A stretch of 63,936 bases of DNA, counting the filler, from Thraustochytrium aureum (lineage: Eukaryota): the NCBI GenBank assembly GCA_012862495.1. It is 4 parts of 3 records of this genome, joined end to end, with 100 filler letters (N's around TTAATTAATTAA, not from the genome) between each part and the next. Parts side by side here need not be neighbours in the genome. Positions count along the whole stretch, not along the records: positions 26,303 to 44,052 come from BLSG01000312.1; 3 more parts are not named here. One strand, given 5' to 3'. Position numbers and translations under genes: made by a program. This document shows, one piece after another, positions 31,677-42,895 of this stretch. Position 1 is the first letter of the stretch. Every line of letters begins with the position of its first letter. The notes below the pieces were generated by a model that was given only the letters and a program-made list of their open reading frames with translations, ran no database searches and was not told where the DNA came from.

Positions 31677-32747
31677 CTACGTCCGCTTGCTCTTGAGGTT
31701 GTCGAGGTTGAGAAGGCCGTACTCGCGGCCGGCAAAGGCCATGCTAAAGTGGCACATGGGACCGAAGACCAGCAGCGCGAGCAGGTCCCGCCAGCTGAGC
31801 AGGCGCGCTCCGTCGCGCTTCGAGTCCGGGCTCGCGAGGTGCGCGTTGAACGGGCGTAGCGCCTCGACCTGGAGCCAGACGTAGGCGGCGAGGAAGACGC
31901 AGACCAAGTCGACCATCAGAAATTTTGCCGGCGCAAGGGCGACCATGTCGCTGCCAAACTCCGCGAAGGTGTCGTAGTACAAGACGCGGCTCATGGCGCG
32001 GAAGTGCACAAACAGGCCCACGAGCGCCGAGAAGCCGCAAATGCCCATGATGACGTAGTGGGACAGCTCGCGGTCAGAGTAGGCTTGCCGAGGCGCCGGC
32101 GCCGGTTTCGTTTCGAAAACCCCTCTCGCGGTGTCGTCCACCACAAAGGCAAGCGTTGGCAGCGCGGGCAGAAAGAGCGCGGCAATGACGACGGGCCCGT
32201 TCAGGGGTCCGCCCGGGTATTCGTTGGCCGTGGCAGGAATGACGACCAGGGCCAGCCCAAGCGCCAGGAGCACGCACAGCGTGACGTATATTGAACGCAT
32301 GATGTGGACTTGGTGCAGAGGCTCGTCTCGGCGGAGGGTCCGCGGGGCCGACCTGTTGAGCACGGCCAGAAACAGCGGCAGCACAAACCCAACGCCCAAA
32401 AGCTGCGAGAGAAGCATCAGGCAGGCCACCAGGGCCTGCGGCACAGCAACACTGCGCCGCGAGGCCTCGATCACAAAGCAGAACACTACAATCGATGCAA
32501 ACCCCAGAAGCGATTCGAAAAGCGCTGTCGCGGCCGGGTTGGAGACTGCCTCGTCAAAGAACGCGGCGAGCAAGTCGACGACGAAGAGGCCCGTCACGCG
32601 CAGCGCCGACTCGTCGCCCTCGTACGCTTTGCTAAACGTGTCCAGCCACCCGGTGCCGATCAGCGAGTACTGCGAGGCCGCCAGGCCCAGCACGCCAAGC
32701 ACGGCATACGCTGGCCAAACGACCGAGGCCTGGTCTGCTCTCGCCAT
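31677..32747 (-). CDS. Multi-pass membrane protein (about 9 TM), function unknown
   Basis: 356-aa hydrophobic ORF with SQLLGVGFVLPLFL, FLMVDL and FGP...GRE motifs. Confidence 0.8.
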   Translation of the reverse strand: MARADQASVVWPAYAVLGVLGLAASQYSLIGTGWLDTFSKAYEGDESALRVTGLFVVDLLAAFFDEAVSNPAATALFESLLGFASIVVFCFVIEASRRSVAVPQALVACLMLLSQLLGVGFVLPLFLAVLNRSAPRTLRRDEPLHQVHIMRSIYVTLCVLLALGLALVVIPATANEYPGGPLNGPVVIAALFLPALPTLAFVVDDTARGVFETKPAPAPRQAYSDRELSHYVIMGICGFSALVGLFVHFRAMSRVLYYDTFAEFGSDMVALAPAKFLMVDLVCVFLAAYVWLQVEALRPFNAHLASPDSKRDGARLLSWRDLLALLVFGPMCHFSMAFAGREYGLLNLDNLKSKRT

Positions 32748-32965
32748 CGCCACGGCCCTTCTGTTGGACTCTCCCAAAGGCGCGCTGGCTGGCTCCGGCT
32801 GGCTGGCCTGCGCTCGCCCGTGCAGCCGCCTGAAAACAAGGCCGGCCACGCAGCACCGCCTGCCCTGCCGCGCGCGCTGCTGCTCTGCTGGGGACTGCGA
32901 GGATCCGGATCGGAGTGCCAAACCTGCTTTCGCGCAGCGCCGAGCGCGCCGCGTCCTTGTCCGCG

Positions 32966-33852
32966 ATGCGGCTCAGGCTCAGGCGCGCTGCTGCGGGACG
33001 CGTTCTCGCAGCAGCGNNNNNNNNNNNNNNNNNNNNNNNNNNNNNNNNNNNNNNNNNNNNNNNNNNNNNNNNNNNNNNNNNNNNNNNNNNNNNNNNNNNN
33101 NNNNNNNNNNNNNNNNNNNNNNNNNNNCTCGCAGCAGCGCTCGCAGCAGGCAGCCGTGCTGCACCAGCCGCGGCGGAGGCCGAGGCCAGGCGCGGATGGC
33201 AAGACGGCTGCCCCTCGACCCGAGCGGCCCGGTCGCCCTCGATGCCGCGCGGGCTGCGCTGGCAGAGCTGCGGCGGACCTCGGAGTCTGGCGTGTACGAG
33301 ACGCTGGAGCTGTCTGCGGTGAGGCGCGCGGCAAGCGTGCACGGTGTATTCCACGAGAATGTGCTGCTCGACCTGGAGCTCGTCGGGCGCGCCGCGGACG
33401 CCCAGCTCGACCCGCTGCAGACCGAGGTCGTGGTAATGAAGGACCGCGAGTCTGGCCGGGTGCGCGCAGTGGCGGTGGACAGCCTCCCCAAGTTTGCAGA
33501 CGAGACGCTTGAGCGGTATCGCGCGCAGCGCGCGAGGTCGGCTCGCAAGACCCGCGAGGTACTGTTCGATGAGCTCGAGCGCGCGCAAGTGTCGCAAGAG
33601 CGCGCAGCGGCCGACAGTCTTGGGTCCGCGGCCGCTCAAGCTGCAGGGACTGCCATGGGCGCGCTGCTGGCTGAGGAGGCCGCACAGCATGTGCGGTCGC
33701 TGCCGAGCGCGGCGTTGCGCGAGTTGGTCGAGGCCGAAACCGCGCCGCCAGCGGCGCGCGCGGCCGCTCGCACAGAGCTGGACGCGCGATTTGCGAGGCT
33801 AGCGGACTTTGAGGCAGGGCGCTTCGCGAGCGCTGGCGCTGCGCCCTCATGA
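32966..33852 (+). CDS. Probably secreted conserved hypothetical protein (signal-like LAAA repeats span the gap; likely frameshift near 33201, alternative start 33196)
   Basis: MRLRLRRAAAGRVLAAA...LAAALAAG N-terminus, then a globular SESGVYETL...GVFHENVLLDLEL...VVVMKD domain. Confidence 0.65.
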
Positions 33853-33960
33853 GGAGCGAGGCGCCGGGGCGAAAGTAACCAGGGCAATAAAACTAATTTC
33901 CGTCGCTCGCGCGAGCTCTCTCTCCCTAGAGAGATAGAGAGCCAGCTCTAGCTGGAGCCA

Positions 33961-34654
33961 CTAGGCCTCATCGATGGAGACAAGGCCAAGGTAGTCGTCC
34001 TTGATCGTGCCCACCGCGCTGATGGTGTTTTGGTCGAACTTGACGTTCATCAGGCGCAGGCGGACGCCGCACCCGGCGCGAATCTCGATCTCCTTGTCGT
34101 CCGAGATCCACGCGGAGCGCTCGTGGTCAAAGTTTTTCACATCCTCAGGCATCATGTGCCGGGACACGAAGATCTGCAGCGGGCCGGCCTTGCAAAAGAA
34201 GCCGTAGTTTAGGGCCGTGGAGACCACAGCGTCCAGGACCTCGTGCCGGAACGGCCTGAACACGATCGCCTGGAACATGACCTGGTAGGTGGTCTGCCCC
34301 GTGGAGTCTTCGATCTTGCCCATGCTGATGTTCTCGTCCTTGATTTCTGTGATATGGACCACATAGCCAATCTTGCCCAGCGCGGTCCCCTCAAAGGAGG
34401 AGCGCAGCCTCTCCCTGATCTTGTGCCGCAAATTTGGCCCGAGGTCGGGCGGGTCCATGGCGAGGCCCTCCGTAAACGTTTTCTGCGAGCGCAGCACGGC
34501 GGGCGTCAGCGCGCTGCCCAAGCGCCCGAGGCTTTCACTGCGCCCCCGGATCGCGGCCCCGGCCCTCCGCCGCGCTCTGCCCGAGCGCGCTAGCCGCCGC
34601 CCAGCGCACCAACCGCAGGACGCAAGTCCTGACACCAACTCCCAAAAAGAACAT
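33961..34654 (-). CDS. RPB7: RNA polymerase II subunit RPB7 (short first exon; intron acceptor at 34483)
   Basis: MFFL + KTFTEGLAMDPPDLGPNL...EGT...GYVV...FRPFRHEVLDAVV...GPLQIFVS...VGTIKDDYLG. Confidence 0.95.
34483..34642 (-). other. Intron in RPB7; donor ambiguous (GGAGTT at 34642 or GTTGGT at 34639)
   Basis: GCTGAC branch site and CGCAG acceptor are clear. Both candidate donors are phase 0. Confidence 0.8.
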
Positions 34655-35058
34655 GGCGCCGTCCTCGCTCCGCAGCGAGCTGCTCGCGCGGGGGTCCCAC
34701 CTGCGCGGGGAAGACCAAGCCCTGCTCCCCTGCGCTCCGCCGCGCGCCGACGAGGGCCCCGAGCCGGCTCGAGTCAGCCGCGAAGCTCGAACGGGCTCTG
34801 CACGGCCGGCGAAACGGAGGATCATCGTGTCAGGTCAACGTGAACCAACATCCACTGTGTAGCGGCCTCGTGCGTGCGCGGAGTTCACTCTTGCAACGAG
34901 CAGAGCACCCGGGCATGCACCGCGGCGGGCAGGCGGCTCGCCCAATATTGCGGGCGTCCTACGCGTCTCGGTTGGCAGGGTCGTCGCTGCGCAAGCGATG
35001 GATTTCGTGGGCCTGACTGAGCCCGAACCCGGCTTCATGATGCGCCTCCGTCGTGCGT

Positions 35059-35321
35059 GCGACGGGCAGCATGCACAGGATGAGGGCTCGACGGTGATGT
35101 TTAGGACGCCCCGCCCCGTTGATGGAAGACGTGGATGTGCCAGACTTCGGCGAGGGCCTCGTTCGCGCCAGGCGCTTGATCTTGGCCGTTTGCGCGACGG
35201 GCAGCATGCACAGGATGAGGGCTCGACGATGATGTTTAGGACGCCCCGCCCCGTTGATGGAAGACGCGGATGTGCCAGACTTTGGCGAGGGCCTCGTTCG
35301 CGCCAGGCGCTTGATCTTGGC
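35059..35321. repeat. Near-perfect 135-bp tandem duplication
   Basis: GACGGGCAGCATGCACAGGATGAGG... at 35061 and 35196, differing by only a few substitutions. Confidence 0.95.
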
Positions 35322-36915
35322 TGTTGGCGCGGTTCGACATCCTGCCGGCGCCTCCCACCGCGACGAGCCTGGCCAATGCCTTGTTCGGGCCGCGCAGAAA
35401 TGTCTATGGCGTGTCCTGGAGGCCCGGACCGCGTCAGTCTTCGCCCTGGGCCACGCAGATATTTCTTGCTATGGCGTCCTGGAGGCCCTGAGCCAGACAT
35501 TCCGAAAGCGTTGATGACAGCGAGGCCATTCACGCGGTCCACTCCGCCCAGAGGTGCCTCCTCGATGAATTGAAACTTGTGGGTACTTGGTCACGTCAAT
35601 CCATCGCACAGCGTGCTGCAGAGCGAGTAAGTACGTACTACGGCTGGCTCAGTTGCAGAGCAGCCTCACTTGATTGAGCATGATGCTCATCAACCTTGGC
35701 TTGGCCAAAACAGTTGGGCTGAGCAGAAGCCGCTCCCCTTGCACACCGATCAATGAGGCTTAGGCCGCTTGCCGACCCCGGAAGCGAACTCGACGCCCCA
35801 CAAGGAGCGCGTTGGTCGGTACCAGACGGACGATGGACGAGCGGGCGGCGTGACAGTGTCGAGAATGCCTTCCTACCTACCGCCCTTTGGACGTCTTCTT
35901 CTCTGTTGAGCTCGTCACTGTGTTGCTTGCTACTAGCACGCGGTCGGCAGGAGCTGTTCGCTGTGTCAGACACGCGCTGTCAGCCTGGCGCGATTGGCAG
36001 AGGGCCCAGTCCAAGCCGGCAACTATTGCGCGAGGGGGCATGTACAAGGACGCTTGATGAGTACACTACCTATGAAAGTATTCGTCCTCGGGTCGGGGCC
36101 GCAGGCGGCGCAGCTCCTCCTTGAGCGCCGCCACCGTACCGGTACCATCCTACCGCAGCAGCAGCAGCAGCAGATAGACACCTGCTCGTCGCTGGTGGAG
36201 CGGGTGAAGTTCTTGCAGGTCGAAGAGGATCCTCCTCGTACGGGGCCTCGGGGGTCCGCCGAGACTCCGCCTTGACGGCGATGAGGGGACGGTCTCCGTG
36301 ACGTCTTTCGCACGTCGATGGCCTGTCAGTGATGGATGTCATTGGATGTCAGGTCTCATCAACGTTATCCCAACTGCTGCAGCGGCGGTTGACGTGTGCG
36401 TCAGGCGCCAGTGAGGGGCCGTTCGTCACTCGACCGCCTTGTAGGCAGGATCGTGGTGGTCGGTTACGGCCATTTCGTCCGAGACAGCGCCAGGACGAGG
36501 TGGATGGATACGCATTTGGATCTTCCTTCCTTCTTTCCTCTGCGGCGGCGCCGGCGAGCACCAAGGCTTGCTGGCATCGTGGCTACTTGCTTGCATTGTG
36601 GTGATTAGCTGGAGCTTGCAACGTGACCGTTGGCGCCGCGCGCAGCAGAGTCTGCGACTGGTTCACCTTCTTTCTCGAGCGAATCCAAGGCTGATCGCTC
36701 GAGCTCGCTTGCGCCCATCTGCACGCTCCGGGTAGGTAGGCCTGGGCGTTGGAAAACAAACCGCACGAGCACCAGAGTGAGGCCCTGCCAGTGGTCTTGA
36801 GGCCTGACCGCTTGCCGTTACCTATCGCTCCTCTCTAACGACAAGAGAGCCGCGAGTGAACGAACGTGATGGCTGCTCTCAAGAAGGTGGTGGAGTTCGC
36901 TCGCGTTCAAGAGCA

Positions 36916-38545
36916 ATGAACAGAACCAACAGGAAGGCCGCGCCGGGGTGGGTGGCCCGCAGCGAGCTCGCTGAGAGTGGGACAGGAGCTGGCAATTTGT
37001 GCCGTCCACAGTCACGGAGCGCCGCCGCCGCCGAAAGACGCCAAACTCGAGCAGAAAAAGCGAAGCGCAACTCAACTTCGTCCACGTCCCTCCTCTACCT
37101 CTTCCCGCCACTCCCGCGGGAACCCGCTCGCCCGTTTTCAAGTGTCATGCCATCAGAGTCCCTGCTCTCTCTCTACCGGTATCTCCTTGCCCAGGCCAGT
37201 GCTCTGCTTTCGCGTAAGAGGCTTTTTTCCCCCTTCTCGCAACTTGTCAATGTTTGGTTTTCGGTTTGCTGNNNNNNNNNNNNNNNNNNNNNNNNNNNNN
37301 NNNNNNNNNNNNNNNNNNNNNNNNNNNNNNNNNNNNNNNNNNNNNNNNNNNNNNNNNNNNNNNNNNNNNNNNNNNNNNNNNNNNNNNNNNNNNNNNNNNN
37401 NNNNNNNNNNNNNNNNNNNNNNNNNNNNNNNNNNNNNNNNNNNNNNNNNNNNNNNNNNNNNNNNNNNNNNNNNNNNNNNNNNNNNNNNNNNNNNNNNNNN
37501 NNNNNNNNNNNNNNNNNNNNNNNNNNNNNNNNNNNNNNNNNNNNNNNNNNNNNNNNNNNNNNNNNNNNNNNNNNNNNNNNNNNNNNNNNNNNNNNNNNNN
37601 NNNNNNNNNNNNNNNNNNNNNNNNNNNNNNNNNNNNNNNNNNNNNNNNNNNNNNNNNNNNNNNNNNNNNNNNNNNNNNNNNNNNNNNNNNNNNNNNNNNN
37701 NNNNNNNNNNNNNNNNNNNNNNNNNNNNNNNNNNNNNNNNNNNNNNNNNNNNNNNNNNNNNNNNNNNNNNNNNNNNNNNNNNNNNNNNNNNNNNNNNNNN
37801 NNNNNNNNNNNNNNNNNNNNNNNNNNNNNNNNNNNNNNNNNNNNNNNNGACGTTCTCCCCCAGCGCGGTCCGCTTCTACGTCGCCGAGATAGCCCTGGGC
37901 CTCTCACACCTCCACAAGCATCACATCTTGTACGGCGACCTCAAGCCCGAAAACATAGGCGTGGGCGCGGACGGCCACATCCGCCTCTTTGACTTTGGCC
38001 TCTCCGTTCGTCTCGACCAGGAGGGAGAGTGGGACGAGGACTCTGCTCGCTTCGTTGTCGTGACAGAGTCCGGCACGTTGCCGTACTCCGCACCGGAGAT
38101 CCTATTGCGGCAGCCGCACGGGTTCGAGAGCGACTGGTGGGGTTTGGGCGTTGTCGCCTTTGAGTTAGCTTTTAGGATGCTTCCCTGGGATGCAGATGAG
38201 CCCGAGGAGCTCTGCCGGATGATTTGCTTTGATCCGGTGGATTTCCCGCAGGCCGAGGCCGACAGCGTCGAGGATCTCGAAGCGTGTGCCGACTTTATCT
38301 CGCTCTGTCTGCACAAGGATGGCAAGAATCGGGTCGGGAATAGCCACGACGCCTTCGAGTCCGAGGTTGCGCAGCACGCGTTTTTCGCGGCGCTCGACCT
38401 GGAGCAGGTAGCCAACAAGCACATCGCGCCACCAGTGTTGCCGCTTCTGGCTGGGCCGCTGGATGTCTCCAATTTCGATGCGGATTTTGTTCGCCAGCGC
38501 CCAAATTTCACCATTGAGCGCACAGCCGCGATGCTAGCGCGCTAA
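36916..38545 (+). CDS. AGC-group Ser/Thr protein kinase (N-lobe in gap; putative first exon 36916-37213 with donor GTAAGA)
   Basis: VRFYVAEIALGLSHLH, YGDLKPEN, DFG, GTLPYSAPE, DWWGLG, and AGC C-tail PPVLP...SNFDADF. The first exon is less certain. Confidence 0.88.
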
Positions 38546-38574
38546 TGATCACCACTTCGGCCTCGCTCCAGGCC

Positions 38575-38661
38575 GCGCTCGCTTCTCAACTTTTGCGTTT
38601 CCTGCGCTCGCTTCTCCACTTTTGCAATCCCTGCGCTCGCTTCTCAACTTTTGCGTTTCCT
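38575..38661. repeat. 29-bp tandem repeat x3 just downstream of the kinase stop
   Basis: GCGCTCGCTTCTCAACTTTTGCGTTTCCT at 38575, 38604 (variant) and 38633. Confidence 0.92.
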
Positions 38662-39405
38662 GCCAAATTTTGACTCCAATCACAATTTATCTCGTTTGAG
38701 GCAGCCAAGTGCTATTATCGCCTTTGCTTTGCTTAGATTGGTTGCTCTCCGAGTCCCACTTGTTGTTGTCCCGCCAAACGGTCTCGACCCGGACCGCAGC
38801 AATCCCTGTGCTACCAACCACCACGGAGGATCCTCCGTGCAACCAACCACCATGATGATTGTGTGCCAATTGCAGCCTCAAGTGGCGGACAGGAAGAGGA
38901 AGGCACGCACGCACAGATGCGTCAACGGCGCCACGTGGCTTGCACAGTCACGGTGATCCTCAAATGTCCTGTCCGACGAGTCACCAACCCAGCCAACGCG
39001 GGTCCGGGTCGGCCGCACGGGCACGCCGGTATCCCAAGCGGCCTGCCAACATGACGAGCTCGTGGGTGAGGGCGACCGACAGCGAGCGAGGGGGCTCGCA
39101 ACTCTGGAGAGTGAAGCCGCCGTTGCCCAAGACAAGCCTGACGGTTCGTCACACGACAGCACAACCTCTCGTTTCCTTCTTCCTCCTGCGCGCTCGCTCG
39201 CTACTCCATCATGACTCGTCCCCTGGAGCGCCGTGACAGACAGACGTGGCTCGACGGTTTCGTTCCCAAACAAGGCTGGCCCATCGAGGTGGCCGCCGAG
39301 CGCCGTCGGTTGCTTTCAACGATTCGCCGCAGGCTTGCAGCAGTTCAGCAGCGCCTTCTCTGTTGTGCGCGCTCCTGGAGACCTTGCTCGACGCCTGCCC
39401 GCGCG

Positions 39406-39712
39406 ATCGATCGATGATGGCCCATGGCATTTGATGGCGAAATGACGGTTTGGCGTGGGTCAANNNNNNNNNNNNNNNNNNNNNNNNNNNNNNNNNNNNN
39501 NNNNNNNNNNNNNNNNNNNNNNNNNNNNNNNNNNNNNNNNNNNNNNNNNNNNNNNNNNNNNNNNNNNNNNNNNNNNNNNNNNNNNNNNNNNNNNNNNNNN
39601 NNNNNNNNNNNNNNNNNNNNNNNNNNCGATCGATCGATCAATCGATCGATGTCAATCGATCGATGATGGCCCATGGCATTTGATGGCGAAATGACGGTTT
39701 GGCGTGGGTCAA
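39406..39712. repeat. About 58-bp identical segment on both sides of a gap, with (GATC)n-like simple repeat
   Basis: ATCGATCGATGATGGCCCATGGCATTTGATGGCGAAATGACGGTTTGGCGTGGGTCAA occurs before and after the N run. Confidence 0.85.
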
Positions 39713-40959
39713 TCAAAACTCTCTTGAGTGCCACCGCCGCATCCTGCAGGCTCTGTGGGTGAGCTCACTGGCGCCCTCAGGGCCGGGAGACTCTTGAGCG
39801 CGCACACCGACTCAGGGACTCTCCAGTGGCGGGACTCGGGCCTGATGGACGCGGCAAGAGGCGCTGCTGCCCTGCTGCGGTGCCTCGGTGCGGCTGGGTG
39901 GGCTGGATGGCTGGCCGCGAGACTTGGCCCACGACGAGAGAAAGACCCGCAGAGCCCCAACCGCGTCTCGCCGTCATCATGTGCGTCGTCCGTCCCTACG
40001 TGCTCTGCAAGCCGGCCGGGTCGATGGCCGTTGCGTCTTGGTGGAGAAGAGAAGAGAGCCATGCTCGCCGGCCGCCCGGGCCTCGTTTGATTCTGGGAAG
40101 GGCCCTGTCGCCTGACGCGCCCGGCCGCATGTATCCGTCCGTCCATGCCGCCTGTCCCTCGCCTCCACGCGCTGAAACAGTAGGGCAGCAACAGACTGCT
40201 GTGAGCGGCGACCAGGAGCGGGATTTGCGGAACAGTGACGGCAACGAAGGAAACTATGATTGGGACCAAGTTGATTGGGACATCCCCGACGCTGTGTAGG
40301 CAGGTAGTCGGAGGTCGTTGGCAGCAGGCAGACGAGCTCCATCCTGGCCAAATGCAAGACCGCAAGACCTCCCTCCCCCCCTGGGCCTTGCTTGGCCGCT
40401 GGAGGTACTCGGCAGACAACGCGCCGCAGCGCGACGCGATATTCCTGCGGCGGGAACATCTGACCTGCGTGCTGCTCTCCGCCAGCCGCGCGCCTGAGGT
40501 CGCAGACGCTTCAACGAGCAGCCCAGGGACACTCCCTCCACCGTCCGCGCGCGCTGCGCGCCGATTTGCGGCGCGCAGCGCGTCCCTCGCTCCGCCTTGA
40601 CGCAATCAGCACGGTCGTCCTTGCACCAGTGCGCGAGATCGCCGCGACCTGCAGAGGAATGAACGCCGCGCGCCGGTCCGATTCCTCGAGCACCGCCCAG
40701 CGCAGCGGCCCCGACGCAGGCCGCCTGGCGCCAGCGGTCGGCCACGCGAGGGGCGTTTGGACGCAGCCGTTCTGGTTGATCGAAGCCATTGGCATCTTGA
40801 GTCAGTCATTCAGTTGAAAGTGCAGCTCCTGAGCCTGAACGAGCGAGCACCAGGCGCCGCTTGGCGCAGCCGGCTGCGGGCCGACGGGAGAGCTGCGGAG
40901 GCCGAGACGGAGCGGGTGCGCCAGCGGCTCGGTGGGCCGGCCTGCGCCCGGGACGCACA

Positions 40960-42684
40960 ATGGGCGAACGGAGGACAACACGTGGGACGCCTTGGCCTGA
41001 GGCCGCGGCACGCAGACGCCCGCTCTCGCCGAGCCTCTCGTTCTCGAGCGCGGCGAGCGAGGCGAACCGCGCCGTGCTTGAGTCGAACGGGTCCCTGCGT
41101 AGCGTCTGCGGGTCGCCGCGCGTCGTGGAGAGCGGCCCCGCGCTGAGGCTTTCGCAACTGGAGAGTACCCTCCGGCTGGCCCGGACCGTGGTTGCCAAAA
41201 GCATGGCCGAGAAGAGCGCCGGCGGCTATAGCGTTCCAAGCCAAAGCGGGTGGCGCGCCGTCCACCATGAGGGGCTGCGCCGCAGCCACACCGGCGAAGA
41301 TCCTGGAGCGGTGTCGCATGCTGACGTGCCGCTTCGAGCCTTTCTGAGCTCCAAGATCGAGCGCCAGGTCAAGGCAACCGCGTCACGTCGGCGCCGCGCA
41401 CGACTTGAGCGCGACAAGGAGAACCGCCGCGAGCGGGCGAACGACATGCTGGAGCGCTCGTTTATCGACTGGCGCAGCTTTACGCGCGCAAGCCAGATCA
41501 AGACGATGCGAAGCGCGGTCGCCAGGATGCACCACGAGATGACCTGCGCGCAGCGTGCGTTCTCTTGCTGGAAGCTCGCCCTCGTCGAGAAGCGATGGGC
41601 GCGAGCCGTGACGTTCTGGCGCGCTGGTCTCCTGAGGCGCCACTTTGCCGCCTGGCACCAGCTCGTGTCTGCGCGCGAGATGNNNNNNNNNNNNNNNNNN
41701 NNNNNNNNNNNNNNNNNNNNNNNNNNNNNNNNNNNNNNNNNNNNNNNNNNNNNNNNNNNNNNNNNNNNNNNNNNNNNNNNNNNNNNNNNNNNNNNNNNNN
41801 NNNNNNNNNNNNNNNNNNNNNNNNNNNNNNNNNNNNNNNNNNNNNNNNNNNNNNNNNNNNNNNNNNNNNNNNNNNNNNNNNNNNNNNNNNNNNNNNNNNN
41901 NNNNNNNNNNNNNNNNNNNNNNNNNNNNNNNNNNNNNNNNNNNNNNNNNNNNNNNNNNNNNNNNNNNNNNNNNNNNNNNNNNNNNNNNNNNNNNNNNNNN
42001 NNNNNNNNNNNNNNNNNNNNNNNNNNNNNNNNNNNNNNNNNNNNNNNNNNNNNNNNNNNNNNNNNNNNNNNNNNNNNNNNNNNNNNNNNNNNNNNNNNNN
42101 NNNNNNNNNNNNNNNNNNNNNNNNNNNNNNNNNNNNNNNNNNNNNNNNNNNNNNNNNNNNNNNNNNNNNNNNNNNNNNNNNNNNNNNNNNNNNNNNNNNN
42201 NNNNNNNNCATGGGAGCTTCTTGCGGCGCGCGTGCTGCTCGCCCAGCGGCGCAGCGACACGAAAGCGCGGCGAACTTTGCGAGACGCGGACGCGGCTCGA
42301 GCCAGGACGGCGCTTGCAGCGTGGTCGACCACCGCAAAGGCAGAGGCGTGGCGCCGCTCAGCCCTTGCCCGTCGCGCTCTTTACGGCTGGGCTCTCGCAT
42401 GCGCGCGGCGCCGGCTGCAAACTAGACTTGCGGAGAGCTTTTGCAGGCGGTCGCGTCTGGGCCGGGTCTGGCGTGCATGGTCTGCAACGCGGCTGCGCCA
42501 GCAGCTGAGCGCTGCCGCCAAACTCGCAGACATGCTCGCGCTGCGGCGTTTCTTCTGCTGTTGGCGCGAGTTTGCGCAGCACGCATTCCTCGCCCACGCC
42601 GAGTTGCTTGCCCTGGAGCGCAGAGGCGACCTCAAATGGTTCGACCGGCTCCGCCGCGATGCTGCGCGCTTCGAAGGCGCGACG

Positions 42685-42725
<41 letters not shown>

Positions 42726-42747
42726 CGTTGCTGGCTTACTGTATTGA
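40960..42747 (+). CDS. SFI1-like centrin-binding repeat protein (gapped) with C-terminal polyQ
   Basis: Periodic helical motifs RAFSCWK, RRHFAAWH, ALAAWS, RALYGWA, RVWRAWS, RFFCCWREF. (CAG)12 at about 42688-42723. Confidence 0.7.
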
Positions 42748-42895
42748 CGGCCGGCGCGCCGATCGCGCGAGCACGGACACAACAGCGCGCGTGTAGAAGA
42801 GGAAAACGGTCATCAACATGTCAAATCAATCAAATTCGGCAAGGGATCTTTCAATCACCCAGCGGGGCGCGCGTTCAGGCAGCGTGCGCATCTAG

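Noticed and set aside
35325..35360. GGTTCGA as a tRNA T-loop or Pol III B-box
   Set aside because: No T-stem or cloverleaf could be built around it.
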